Assembly: GCA_013239625.1 (NCBI GenBank)
Contig: MU053304.1
Span: forward strand, 2,790,001 to 2,854,000
DNA: 64,000 bases
Direction: 5' to 3'
Source of the DNA: Lama guanicoe
Taxonomy: Eukaryota
The notes under the pieces were generated by a model. That model was not told where the DNA came from. It saw only the letters and a program-made list of their open reading frames with translations, and did no database searches. This document shows, piece by piece, positions 37,001-51,100 of the stretch (positions are counted from its first letter, which is position 1; each line of letters starts with the position of its first letter). Position numbers and translations under genes: made by a program.

Positions 37001-39919
37001 TTGTTTTTTTTTTTTTTTGAGTTATACTACTACATTGTCTTACCTCTGTGAAACCTTCAATTAGTTTTTACTTTGAATATTTTCCGTCTTTAAATGTGCA
37101 ATAAGTTATGTGGATTACATTACAGATTTCTTAAAATCACTGTTTGTCAAAGCTGGAACGTGTTTCAAATAAGGAAGCTGAACTGTGGAGAAATGAAATG
37201 TTCCCATGTTAGTTGCATTGTAGACCCAGAACCCAAGTTTTTCTGACTAGTAGTCCAGCTCAAGGGGGAAAAAAATATAGAGTTTTTTTTTAGACCTAGA
37301 CCTTTTGGTAGAGATTCTTTAGTTATTTGTTTTAGAAAAAGTTGATTTGATGTGCCGAGGTTACATAACTAGACATTAGAAAATAAAATAGAATCCAAGC
37401 CTCATCCAATGTGCTCTTCTGCTGTAGTACTTTGTGCTGCAGTATAGTAATTACCCTTTACAGAAGGAAAGTCAGTCTCACTTACAATGGTAACTAGAGT
37501 TTGGATAGTAAAGTTGGTATTTTATCTAGTGTTATCCCATATATTAAATTATTTGATCATCGCATCCCTGAGAATTAATTATGATGAATATAATTATCTC
37601 TACTTCCTTGTTGAAAAATTTGGAAGCAAAATGAAATTAAATGAAGAAAATGATTATATTTAAAAATCCATGCAATAGTACATTGCAGAGCTCAGTCATC
37701 CACAAAGTTCATCTGACTTCAGGTTCAGTTTTGTTTTTTGTACTGATTGAACATCTACACTTAATTTTAAATGGGGGCAGAGAGGAAGAGATCCTGGTGC
37801 ACAGTTTGGACAAACACTGATATCATTAGAACAAGTGGGGACAGCCTAAAAGCAAGATCATCTATTAAACCCAACAAATGCTGAAAATATCATTTATGCA
37901 AACAGAAATAATTTGTTAGTTTGACCATATCTAAGCTTGAATTTGAATTTTAAGAAAGATGTCTTCTCTTATTTTCTACATCATTTGCATTTTTTGTAGT
38001 TTTGTAGTTTTTTTGTTGTTCTTTTTGCTGTGTTTGGCTTAGTGGATTCTATTTCAGTAGTAATGTTTTTATATGACACTCTGAATCAGAAAAGCATTAA
38101 AGATGGACTTTTGAAAAATACTTATTTTGATTTAAATTTCCTGTCAGTTTATTTTAGCTAAACCTAAGTTTAGCCTAGCAATATTTCACTAAAACCCATC
38201 AGAATCAAAATTTTGTCTCTAAGAATGTTAGTTCTAGGGTGGGAAAATGTGTTTTTTTTTTCTAATGGAGCAAACAACCCAATACTGTAAACTAGACTAA
38301 GGTCTTCCATCGACAGTTTTTTTATTGAAAGATTTTCTGTTTTCAAATTAAAACAAAAAGAAAATCAAGAGTAAATTCACACTTCTGTTTTCTATTTATC
38401 AGAAACTCTCAGAAAAAAATTATCCATAACTCTTAGCAAATTGAGGATCAGGGACAAATATTAGAATCTGTCTTGAATGTAAACTGAAGGTCATTCTCTA
38501 TCCTGGAATGTATGTTCTTTTCAAGATTAGAGCTAATGTGATCACATTACCCCCAGTTCCTAATTCTCAGGGAAACACTGCCGAAGAGATGCTCTTTCCT
38601 ACAGAGAATGAAGCTGAGAATTAGTGGGTCCTGGTGCTCAGGACTCTGAGATCCCACATTGCTGAAAGGTAGGAAGTATCTGGAGAAGAGAAGGAAACTC
38701 TCAAGGCAATTTCTCATAAAAACATTTTTAAAAGTCTTGAAACCCACTATTTATGCTACAAGTCACATTCTGACACTTTTAGTGGACCCTGATCTCCATC
38801 TCCATCTCTTCCTTTAGTAAAATATGTATCTGCTACCAAATAATCAATTTGTAAATGTACTCTTAGAACTCATCTCATTCACAAGAGGCACTTCTGTCTA
38901 GTATTCATTTGAATGGAGTTTTACTCTGTGGTTGAGAATTACAGCTACAAAGAATCGTAAGGAGGGGAAGAAGGAAAAATGATATATTTGATATCAAGAG
39001 ATGTAGACGCAGTGCTGAAATTAATGGCTGAGACTGTGGAATTAATGGCTTGACCTGTTGATTCTCCGTCTCTCGTATACAACATATGCCCTGCATATAA
39101 TGATCTCCTGGGTCCCTTTTACTTTTAACCTTCTATCATGCCATGACCTTTATTGTAGCAGTGACTCTCAACTGGGCACAATATGAATGAACATCTTATT
39201 CTCTTGAAATGCACAAGAGAAATCAAGGCCTTAAAAAAAAAAAAAAAAGAAGCAACACCCAACCATCCAAAAGAAAGCCCAGCTCAGAGAACGTGTTATT
39301 TCTTGTTGTTTTTTAATTCCTCAATATGTAGGGCAGCATAGCACTCACAGAAATCATAATAAAAGTTAACTCTTGTGTAAAAAGTACAGCATGGTGGTTA
39401 AGATCCTGGTTCCACCACTTACTACTTATTGGTTATCCTCTCTGGGGCAAACATGCTTGCTCATTCTGTGACTTGTTTTTGTCTTCTGGAAGATGTGAAC
39501 AAAAAGAGTGCTTCAAACACTTGAAAAGTTTGTTGTAATAATTGATATAGAATGTGTGAAGTACAAGGAACACTGAACCTTTAGCTGTTGCACCCTATAA
39601 TAATTAATAAGCTCCTCAAAATATGACTGTTTTGAGATAGATTTTTAAAACCAGTGCTGGTGAATATCCCACATAACTCAGCCATGAAATCTACTTTATC
39701 TGACATTAGTATAACTATTCCACTTTTATTTTGGTTTCCTGTTTCCAGCTTTTTTCTTTTAATCTATCTGTGTCTTCATATTTGAAGTTGTTTCTTACAT
39801 ACAGGATATTGTATCTTTTTTATTTCATCGGGCATACTTTTTTTAATTGATGTGTATACATTTAGCCATTCACATTTATTATGATTCTAGATAGGGCTGG
39901 ATTAGAGTCCACCAACTAA

Positions 39920-41148
39920 GGCAACAGAAGCAAAATTAAACAAATGAGATTACACCAAATTAAACAGCTTCTGCACAGCCAAGAAAACCATCAACAAAAT
40001 GAAAAGGTAACCTAGGGAATGGGAGAAAATATCTGCAAATAATATATTTGACGAAGCGTTAATACCCACATGTGTAAGAACCTACAGCTCAACAGCAAAC
40101 AACGAAAAGAACAAAACAACAAAAAACAAAAACAATCTGAGTTTTAAATGGACAGGAAAACTGAATAAACTCTTTTTTTTTCGAGGAGACAAACAAATGG
40201 CCAACACGTGCATGAAAGGTTGCTCACCACTTCTGATCATCATGGAAGTGCAAATCAAACACGTAATGAGATACCACCTCATACCTGTTAGCATGGCCGT
40301 CATTAAAAAGGGAAAAGACAACAAGTGTTAGTGAGGATGTGGAGAAAAGAGAACTCTCCACACTGTTGGTTGAAATGCAAACTGGTGCAGACACTGTGAA
40401 AAACTGTAGGGAGAATTCTCAAAAATCAAAAGTAAAATTACCCTGTGAGCCAGCAATCCCACTTTGGGGTGTACATTCCGCAAAAAGAAGAAAGAAAGAA
40501 AACAGGATCTTGAAGAGTTATTTGCGCTCCAGTGTTCTTTGCAGCATTATTCGCAATAGCCAATATGTAGAAATAACCTAAATGCTCGCTGACAATGATG
40601 AATGAATGGATATTTACATACATATATACACATACGTATATGAATATTATTCAGCCGTTAGGAAGGACGTGCTGCCATTTGCTACAGCATGGATAGACCT
40701 TTAGGGCATTATGCTAAGTCAAATAAGTCAGACAGAGAAAGACATATACTGTATGATGTTATTTATACGTGGAAAGTGAAAAAGCCAAACTCACAGAAAC
40801 AGAGACTCGGACGGTGATTACCAAAGGTTGAGAGTGGGAAGAAAGGGAAGATGCTGGTCAAAGAATTCAAACTTCCAGCTATAAAGTAAACAAGCTCTGG
40901 GGATTTAACGTAAGGTATAGTGATTATAGTAAATAACATGGTATTATATTTGCTAGGAGAGTAGATCTTAAATGTTATCACCACAAAAAAGAAATGGTAA
41001 CTATGTGATGTGATGCAGGTGTTAGCTAGCACCATGGTGATAATTATTTTGTAATATATAAGTTGATCAAATCAGTGCATTGCACATCTTAAATTTACAC
41101 AATGTTGTACTGCAATTATACCTTAGCTCACAGATCCGGAAAAATAAC
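39920..41148 (+). mobile_element. 5'-truncated L1 (about 1.2 kb, L1MA9-like 3' UTR) with 11-bp TSD
   Basis: ORF2 3' motifs (aacagcttctgcacagccaagaaaaccatcaacaaaatgaaaagg; gagataccacctcatacctgttag). TSD CCACCAACTAA at 39909-39919 and 41149-41159. Confidence 0.88.
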
Positions 41149-42065
41149 CCACCAACTAACTAGCTATTTCCTATTTGTGACGTCTTCGTTCCCTTTTCCC
41201 TCTTTTCTGCCTTCTTTTGAATAACTGAGAACATTTTAGGATCTTATTTACCTCCTCTATTAATTTATTTACTTATGCCTCTTCTAAAAATTGTGGTTGA
41301 CCTTGAGTTTAGAATATATATCTTTTATTAATCACCTTCAAATCATAATATATCACTTCATGCCCAGTGTAAGGTTCTTACAAGAAAATATCCAAATTCT
41401 CTGATATTTTGGGGGTTAGTTGTCATACACTTTATTTTTGTGTATGCTATAAACACTACTTATTACTACTATGTTTGCTTTAAACACTCAGATATTCTAG
41501 AGAAATTACAAATAAGGAAAATATATTTTATGTTACTCTTACTTATTCCACTTCTGACACTTCATTTGTGTAGAGTCAAGACTCAGTCTGATATTACATT
41601 TCTTCTGTCGACAGAACTCCCCTTAATATTTCCTGTAGGGCAAGTCTGCGGGCGGGGAATTCTCTCAGTTTTTGTTTATTTAAGAAAGTCTATTTTTCCT
41701 TTCCTTTTCTTGAATCAAATTTTTTATAAGTATAGGGTCCTGGGTTGAAAGAATTTTGTTCATTGTTTTAAAGATGTCACTTATTTGCATTTAGGGTTTT
41801 GTACTTTCAGTCAATAAGCTATTTTCATTTTTATTTTTGTTCCTTTTCCCTGCCTGCCTTCAAAATTTTCTTTTTGTCTCTTGTTTGGAGCAGTTTTATT
41901 GTGACATGCCAAGGGATGAGTATGTGTGTGTGTGTGTGTGTCTGTCTGTCTGTGTGTCTGTGTGTCTGTGTCTGTGTCTGTGTTGTATTCTACCTGGTGT
42001 TATCTGAGTGTTTTGGATTTGTGGTTTGATGTCCGTTATTAATTCCGAATAAAATTAAGCCATGA

Positions 42066-42067
42066 TT

Positions 42068-42098
<31 letters not shown>

Positions 42099-42325
42099 TT
42101 TTTCACTGAAGTATAGTCAGTTGCAATGTGTCAACTTCTGGTGCACAGCATAATGTTTCAGTCATACGTATACATACATTTATTTGTTTTCATATTCTTT
42201 TTCATTAAAGGTTACTGCAAGATATTAAATACAGAAGAAATTTGTTTTTATCTATTTTTATATATAGTAGTTAATATTTACCAATCTCAAACTCTCAATT
42301 TATTACTTTCCACCCCCTACCCCTG
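42066..42325 (-). mobile_element. Young L1 3' end with (TTTA)n tail
   Basis: (ttta)n followed by ctgaagtatagtcagttgcaatgtgtcaacttctggtg. Flanked by GCCATGA on both sides. Confidence 0.8.
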
Positions 42326-42889
42326 TTGCCATGAGATTTCTTAATATGCTTCCTACCCTGTCCTCATTCTCTTTTCCTTCTGGAATTCCTATGCACACAT
42401 ATTAGAATACAGCTCTTGGGTGTTCTCTTCTTGTTTCGTTCTGTTGGGTTTCTTTTTTTTTTTAATTCTTTTTTCTCTTTTTGTTTCAGTTTAAGTAATT
42501 TGTATCAACCTGCTTTCAGGTTCATTGATTTTTTTTTTCCCTCGGTTGATTTTACTGAAGAATTTGTCAAAGGCATTCTTCATCCAGTTACTCTGTTTTG
42601 CATTTCTAGAGTTTCCATTTCACTTTTACCTTATACTTTCCACCTCTTTCCTGAAATTATCCATGTCAGCTTGCATGTAGTCTACCTTTTCCATCAGAGC
42701 CATTAAAATATTAATAATTATTTTGAACTTCTTGCCAGATAGTTTTAACATCTATGTCATAGCTGAGTCTGGTTCTATATGTTGGCAGAGTACTTTTGTC
42801 CTTGCCTTTTCATATGGCTTATAATTTTTTTATTGAAGCCAGATATCTTGTGTAGAGTAGTATGCTTCCCCATGGAGAAATCTGAAGCC

Positions 42890-43045
42890 TGTACTAGTAT
42901 TTGATTCACATTTTAAAAGATGAAGAAACTTAGGCTCAGAGAGGTTAAATGGCTTGCCCAGGGTCACTTGGCTAGTGAGTAACAAAGCAAGTATTTGAGC
43001 CTTGGTTTTTAAACTCCAAATCCTTTGTTGTCTGACTACATCACT
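42890..43045 (-). mobile_element. MIR SINE
   Basis: gatgaagaaacttaggctcagagaggttaaatggcttgcccagggtcac. Confidence 0.8.
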
Positions 43046-43662
43046 GGTCCTCCCGACTTCTCATGCATGTACATTCCCACTCTGGTTTCCAAGACACTTA
43101 TTGAAGCCACATGGCTTCATCTATGTCAGACATTTTTGACCCCTTATGCCTAAATTGTTGCTGAAGTATATAAATGATGAGTGAGAAATGGTTCCTGTCT
43201 TTGATGAGGTTACCATGTAATTTCAACATGTCATTTTTTTCTGAATGCCTTTTGATTCCATCTTTCTCAAAATACAATCTCTGAATCAAAAGCAGCTGTA
43301 AAGACAGGTGGATGCTATGAGAGGTTTCGAATCAACCACAAGAAAGAAATGGAAACCTAGAACATGGCAGCGTGTGAAGTTAAGCACATGAATTTAAAAT
43401 GAAGTGTAAGAACCCAGACACTAAAACCTATATCTGAACACCATGCCATATTTCTGCTTGACATTGAAGGGGTGACATGTCTGGACACATGACTTGAGGG
43501 TATTTCTCTCTTAAAAAATAACATGCAGACCAATGTACTTCTTTTTAGTCCTTTCATTTTAAATACATATCACATGGCCAAATTCTTGAAATAGTTAACA
43601 GAACTTCTTAGAGTAGCCATGATTTTAAAAATACAAGTTAGTTTTAAAAAATGTAAGGGTAT

Positions 43663-44179
43663 TGTATTTGTTTTCCATTTTGGTTCAACAAATTGCCACA
43701 AAATCAATGGCTTAGAACAAAACAAATATATTATGTTATAGTTCTATATGTTAGAAGCCTGATGCAGGTCTCACTGGGGTAAAATCAAAGTGTCAGCAGG
43801 GCTACATTCTTCTCTGGAGGATTTATTGGGGATTCTATTTCCTTACATTTTCCAACTTCCAGGGGCTGCTTGACGTCCTTGCCTCATGACCCTCTTCCTC
43901 CATCTTCAAAGCCAGTAATGGTGGGTTGAATCCTTCTTACATCACATTACTCTGACTTCTGACCTCTTCTTCAACCTCCCTCTTCCAATTTTAAGAACCT
44001 TGTGATTACACTGGATCCATCTAGATAATCCACGATAATCTTCCTATATCAAGGTCGCTGATTAATAACCTTAATTCCATCTTGAACCTTGATTCTGCTT
44101 TGCCATAGAACAGCATGTTCACAGGTTGTAGGGATTTGAGCGTGGACATCTTGGAAAGTCCATTATTCTGTCTGTCACA
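43663..44179 (-). mobile_element. MaLR solo LTR (MLT1D-like)
   Basis: TG...CA termini and similarity to the 19967-20458 copy. Near-TSD GGTAT/GGCAT. Confidence 0.85.
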
Positions 44180-44479
44180 GGCATTAATTTAACTAAAAAT
44201 GTTTATCATACTGGCTCTCAAAAGGCACTTGAGATTCTACTAGGGGTGTGCTCTCTCTCCCTCTCCCTTTCTCTCTCCCCTCACCCTCCTCTTTTCTTAA
44301 ATAAAGGGGAAGAGTGATAAGACCATTTGTTCCTCCACTGCAACATGTGATTCATTCAGTGTAACCGAGGTGAAACAACTACTGGATGCCGGAAGCTTAT
44401 TCAAGAACACAAAGCCAGATAGGGGTGGACCTGGAGATCTTATAAAATTCACTCTTTGGCACATCTGTTTGTTGCAATG

Positions 44480-44872
44480 GTCAGTAGTGCTATGCAGGAA
44501 ATATTTCCATTTGTGTCCTTAAGCATAAAGCCAGTTTGCGCTTGATTCTATCCTTTTTATAAGGTATGGTCATGTGACTTGCTTGGGCCAATGCAAGGTG
44601 TGCAGAAGGAACATGAGTCTCTGCCAAGTAGAAGTGTTAAGAAGCCCATATGATTTGCTTCATTTCTCCTGCTGTCTGCCATGATAAATACAGATTTCAC
44701 ACAACGACTGCTCCATTATGAGCCTGAGTTTCAGAAGGAGCACGATGTAGGGCAGAGCCCTCAGATAATCCATGATGGACATTAGGATGGGCAAGAAGTA
44801 GACTTTTAATCCCCTGGGATTTTGAAGTCATTTGACACTGCAGTATCACCTAGCCTGCTGTGCCTGACTCTG
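44480..44872 (+). mobile_element. Old MaLR LTR (MLT1J/K-like)
   Basis: ggtcatgtgacttgcttgggccaatg...catgatggacattagg...ctgcagtatcacctagcctg. Confidence 0.6.
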
Positions 44873-47229
44873 CCAGCTTCAAGATTGAAATGGTAGGTGG
44901 TCTGATGGGCTGTTGACTTGCTGGTGAAGGTTTCCAAAGGATCTCACAGATTCTCTTCTTCCTTTGAACCTCAAAAGATCCTCATTTCTACCTAAAAGTA
45001 AATTTCTAGTATAGTGATATAAAGATGGGGTTGGAGAAAGGAATTCACCATGACCAATTATTGAAACAGTCAGGAACCAGGTCTATAGACCAGCTCTATA
45101 TAATAACAATAGACACAGTGGCCTGTAGGTCTCTTCTCCTAAGGACATAGAGTATGAACTGGGAATCTCATTCATCCTGATAACAATTCACACGTCACTC
45201 ATTTCCCAGTCTTAATCAGCTGCTGCTATTTAAGGATATAGTGACGCATCGTATATACATTTAACCCATGCGAATTCAATACTACATGCTCTTTTTTTAT
45301 TCTTTCACTTCTCCATCTCTCTCTCATTATTAAAAATATGGTAAGCTTGTGTTTAATTTATATTTCTACTACATATTGTACATTTCTATATAGTATACAC
45401 AAAAAAACTTTATTAGACCTTTTTGACAAAATCCAACATATATAATTCATAAGTTTCTTATGGGATACTCAAAGTTATTTTGACTCCACACAATTTTCAA
45501 GATAGGCTACGATATTAGACCTGGAATTCCACATTAGCTATGTCTCTGCTTCACAGAAACTGTCAAAAACACTGATTTTAGCCACTTTGTCCAACTTTTT
45601 TCCTTTATATATAAAGAAACTGAAGTCAAGAAAAGTTAAATGAATTTACCCAATCATACAAATATTTAGAGATGGAGTCAAGAATGAAACCCTGACCTCC
45701 TGATTTCTGTATTTACCATTGCATTGGATTTATTTAAAATAATACTAGTAAATTCCAAAAAGTAGTTGGAAGCTTTTAAAATTGCCAGGTGCAACAGAAC
45801 TTGTCAACCACCTATGTCTAAATACCTTCCTTAATTTTCCCTAAGAGAAATAATATCTTTATGACTGCTTATGTCTTCATTTCACTTCAGCTGCTGGAAA
45901 TGCCCTAAACAAATTCAAAGTTCAATGATAACAGTAGTGTAGGAGTTTACGACCTGAATATCTATGCTGTTTTTAACCGTGATAGTAACCTCTTGTCATA
46001 ATTTAAATTTTCCTTACTCCAGAGTTTTAACTTATGTTCTACCTTTTTGTTGTATATATCTTTTCTGTTATCTGCCACAAATTTTTAGTGGAACAAGATG
46101 AAATATCCATCATTAAACCAATCATACAATCAGTCAATTTCTTTACAAGCAATACAAGAGAGTAATGTCACTGTGTATTACACAATTCACTGTAAATCGA
46201 TCTGTGGCAAATTGGAACTCATACGCATTTGTGGTCTACTCATATTTAATTCGACTTTTTTTAATGACTGTGTCTGACAAGTTACAAGCAGTTTCTTCCT
46301 AATGATTATTAGATTATTAACATTAAAGTAAAACCAACTGTTTTAGAATAAATACATAATAAAATAGAGTGCTAAAGTTTTGTAGGATGCATTTCTCAAT
46401 TATTTATTAAATATGATATTACACATACATTTTAAATGTATGTGCATATCAGTTTGTATCAAGGGTTTAAAATTAAACATACATTTTATATTTTACACAT
46501 TTTACATTTTAGTGCACTTTGCTCTGGTATTAAAATGCATTAAATAAAACGATAGGAATTTTTAAATATTTAGTTTTGTTTCCAAAGATACAAGGAGAAT
46601 TGATCATTTTCTCTCTTCTTACTTCAGGATTAACATAAGCTAAAAAACACAGTTAGTTGCTATTGTCCTAAAAATCATAATTTTTAACATAATAAGAATT
46701 CAGTAAATGATTTTTGATACATTGTGCCTATGAATAGCCTTATCTATTCATTTACAATTTAAGGAGCCAGTTCTCCCACTTAATTTATGCAGACAAATAA
46801 AGTAAATAATTTATCTGGGTAATTAAAACCAAAAATAAAATTCAGATAAAAATAAAAGACCAATTGGAGACTCCTTTTCTAAGTGAAATCCTGGCTCCCC
46901 ATAATGTGCTCATTGCTGACTCATGCACTCAATATAACCTGAAGAGTTTTACTTTTTCCTTTTTTTTTCAGAATGAATCAACAGTGCTTCAAAATAGCAA
47001 TTAAAAAGTGCATACACTTTCCTTGTGTAATTATCAACAGATCAGTGATCTGACCTGGCATTCTGTTAAATCATTAATCTTCCTTTCTTGCAATAATGGA
47101 AAAAGTGTGGTGACTTCATCAGAACCATGTCATTTAGATAATGAGCTGCATTTTCATCACATGAATCACTATAAAAGAAGTGTCCAGGGAAGGGACTCAG
47201 GATCCAGAAGACATGTTACCCAAAGAAGA

Positions 47230-47312
47230 TTTTTTGGGGGGTGTATAAAGTATATATAAAGTATAGTCAGTTTAGAATCTTGTGTCAGTTTCTGGTGAGA
47301 TTTTCAGATACT

Positions 47313-47359
<47 letters not shown>

Positions 47360-47503
47360 GATAAACATGTTCATATTGTATAGCACAAGGAACTACATTC
47401 AATATCTTGTAGTAACTTAAAAAGAACATGAAAATGAATATATATATCTAGATATAGATATAGATATAGATATGTTCATGCATGACTGAAGCATTATGCT
47501 GTT
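47230..47503 (-). mobile_element. Young L1 3' fragment with internal inversion and expanded (TA)n
   Basis: A reverse-oriented extreme 3' end (gtatagtcagtttagaatcttgtgtcagtttctggtg) is joined to the forward-oriented adjacent 3' UTR ending in gcattatgctgt. Confidence 0.7.
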
Positions 47504-50500
47504 CAGGGAACCTTTTATCCCAACGCTACTCACTCTCAGGCCTTGCAGATTATAGCCATTTTTTAAGAAGGAAAACAATATGGACAAAATGCTAATGATA
47601 ACATTTTCCTCAGTAGTTTTACTGGGTCTAACATATTTCCCATAGGATGGATAAGAGCATATATAAAGAACGAGTCAGAAAAGTTGGAGGCCTAATACAA
47701 ATTTTAACCTTGAAGATTATATGGGACTGGTGTGGATGGTTTGGAGTGGGAATAAAATGGGACTGGGAAGCTTGAAAGGAAAGAATGAAACCTAGTGACT
47801 TGAACGCCATCTTTATCATGTGATGATAATTGGAAATTGGAAAAGGGCACATAAATTCTCTACAAGGAAAACTGAATATCACTAAATAGTAAATAAAATT
47901 AATACATTAGATTGGAAATTTAACTTCAAGAATAATAAAATCTATAAAAATCAGTTCAACTATCAATATTTGAAAAAATAAAAAGTAAGCCGAATTGTGT
48001 AATCAACAAATAAATGTCTAGTGTTGACTAGACTGGATAATTATAATTCTTCCTTCAGAACTAGACGCTAACATGACATGTTTGTCACAATATCATAAAA
48101 ATGTCAGTTCTGTAAATATATTCAATAGCGAAACAATATTCAATCAGTTTTTCCAATTATTCGTTCAGTTTCTGGATTCTCAAATCAGTCCCTTGTAAAC
48201 TATATGTCATGTCATCAACCTCATCGGTTTTCTCTTCCAATTTTAACTGATCTCACTCTGACAGACTCTCATTTGGCAACAGTTTGATAGGTGATAAAAA
48301 GTTCTTTCACACCATTTTCTTCTTTCTGAAATCCTGAATTTTCTGCAAGACTTGTCATTTCAATTGATTAGCATTTTATTTAAATAAAACTTACAACCTC
48401 TTAAATCATCAACAGACAACTACCAAAGTTGTTGATGCCATAGATGGAGATAAACACTCAAGTTAGGTAGGGAGGGATCCTGACTGGAGACTAACTGTGA
48501 GCTGTCGGTCCATTAGTTAATGAAACTTTTGCTTTCTTATACAATCTTGTAACTGCAAAGACTGGGTAATGAATAACAAGGACACCTGACTTTTGGGGGG
48601 ACAACTTCATCCTGGGGACCAACTTTTTTCCTCTAACCTCATCTGTTTGGAATTAAAGTGCATAGAAGCGGCTAACCCTAGGCTCTGAAGAGCCTGATGT
48701 AGGACCCTACACAGCTCAAGGGTAATTTCTTAGACAAAGAATATAAATGGTTTACAATCAATGTCCATCAAAAATAAAAAACAAGGTGAATTCCTAGTAA
48801 CTTGTAAACACCTTCCATCTTATATTGACTCCTTCCACTGGGTCGCTGTTCTTGTTCATGACTTGTACTTCTAAAGCAATATGAGTTTGAACCACGCTCT
48901 GATTTAATACAGCACAATAAATAGCAAACCTGGAAACATTTCTGCATGCAGTACTGGCAACCCTACAAACAAGACATTATAACTGATTAACACACACTTA
49001 GTATAAGGGCACAAAAGCTTGGGGGTCAAGGTGGCAAGAACACAGAATCAAAAGTTTTAATCAAAGGCAGTTTGCAAAATTGGATTACATGTCATGAGGA
49101 TTTGTGCTTCTGAGCAAATTAGCTATTAGGGGGTGGGAGGAAAAGGATTCAAGGATAAAGCCCAAGTTGTTTTCGTTTGGAAATTTGGGGTTGATTATAA
49201 CAGTAAAAGCTGAGCTGAATTCATAAGGAAAAGCTGATCAGATAGAAAAAAGTTGACTTTGAGATGCAGAACATATAGAGAGAGACATCCAGCAAGCTGT
49301 TGGGTATTCAAATCTAAAGCTCAGGGGAAAGTCTGGAGTGAGAGATTGAATCCAGACAAACCTATCAGTGGAATGAGATCTCTCATGTGAATTGGTTAAG
49401 AACAGCTCTTTTTCTCACTCATCCTCCTGAATTCTCATCCTCCTGAATTGTGAACATTTTGACATATATACATATATATATATATATAAATTTTCCTGAT
49501 GGGCCCCATATTCACACCACAGAATTGGCAATAGAATTCAGTTTCTTGGACTTTGGAACTTTCATACCCCTTAAGACATACCTTAAATTTGCCTCTGGTT
49601 CTTCTTCCCACTCCTGGCTGTTTTAACCACCTCTAGACTGGAACCGGATGTGATTAGTCTCTTGACACTATTTTAAGTCTTTTTCCAGACTATGCTGGAA
49701 AAAGATGAGGTGAAGAATAATCACAATTATCTTACAGGTGCATATTTTATTTTCACATAGCCCTCTGAGGTCTGAAAATGAGGAAAGTAGGTGATGAACG
49801 TAGTGAATGGACAATCGGGGCAATAAATAGGAAGTTGTTTGGATGATCAACACTGAACATCAGCACTGATTAAATTCACTGGATAACTGGTCAGTTCTCT
49901 CCGTTACTTTGCCTTAATGCAGTCACAGAAGAAATAAATAAATCTGCGACTGTGTTGCCCATTCTACTGCATAATTCCTGACCTTTTGCAAGCACATCAG
50001 TCATAATTAGCTTTGGCGAGCTTGGCATTTTGTTGTGCCCTTGGCATTTCCACATCAGTCCTGTGTGTTTTGCAGCAGGCTAATAACTCCAGCTTAATAA
50101 AAAGCAACACTATTTAAAATTTGATTCCTTGTTTTTCTTGGTAATTTTAGTCTCCCTTTGAGAACCACAATTATTCAGCCTAGACAAAATAACTACTGTC
50201 CATCTGTGGCCATCTAAATAGTCTGAAAATATTTCAGCTTAGGTGTTTATTTCCAAGTCTAGCCAATGAAGGCTGTCCTTGCAATTGTAAAATAATCAGA
50301 CACCCAAATTCCATTGGTCTCTGTTGGCTGTCCCTGTCTTTAGGTACATATACTGCTCCCTAGCTTTCTTCCACTGCCTTCCCTCCAAATAATCCCATTT
50401 TTCACCCTCGTATTAATAAGTCAAAGTAGTAGAAGCACCTGCAATGAGGCAAATGGACTCAGAAATCCTCTGAAAGCAATTTCCATAAAGAATAACCATA

Positions 50501-50699
50501 AAAAGAGAATAACAGATGTTGCATTGCTAATTATCCAGCTGCTCCATTCTTTTCTCATCGAGTCCTACTGTCTTAGAGACCGTGAATGGAGAACCTTGAA
50601 ATATTCAGATACATATTCAATCTCTCAGTTCATTTGGATATTTTTTTTCCATGATAAGCAATACATATCTTTGTGAGCATTAAATTTACTTTTTCAGGC

Positions 50700-51100
50700 T
50701 GTGTAGACAATGCTTTGAAGTGGAAAAATCCCAAGGCATGGAATTGGAAGACTCCGGGTTAAGACCATATTCTTTGATGTACTTTGACTTTGGCAAAATT
50801 ATTTAACTATCTTGAACTTGTATATTAACATTTCCTGATCCAATTCTTATTATTTGTGTGCAGAAAAAAAAAATCTAGGCAACCTGTGTGAAAATACTCA
50901 CTACATAAAAGTGTTATTCAAATGTTGTTTTTTAACCTCTCATATATTTTTACTTTTATATATTGCTTTTTTGTCTCTTTCCTCCAATACAACATAAACT
51001 CCATGAAAATGAGGATTTTTGTCTGTTTTATTCATTGCAGTACCTTGAGCACTTCACACAGTTCTTAATGCTCGATTTTTATTTGTTGAAAGAATAAAAA
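50700..51100 (+). mobile_element. MIR followed by an L2 3' end
   Basis: gtggaaaaatcccaaggcatggaattggaagactccgggtt...gactttggcaaaattatttaact, then cataaactccatgaaaatgaggatttttgtctgttttattcattg. Confidence 0.6.

Larger units (their letters stand above)
39680..42860 (-). mobile_element. Old L1 fragment hosting two younger L1 insertions and a (TG)n/(TCTG)n repeat at about 41920-41982
   Basis: Reverse L1 motifs (tctactttatctgacattagtataact; tttagccattcacatttatt) resume after 41160. Confidence 0.65.
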
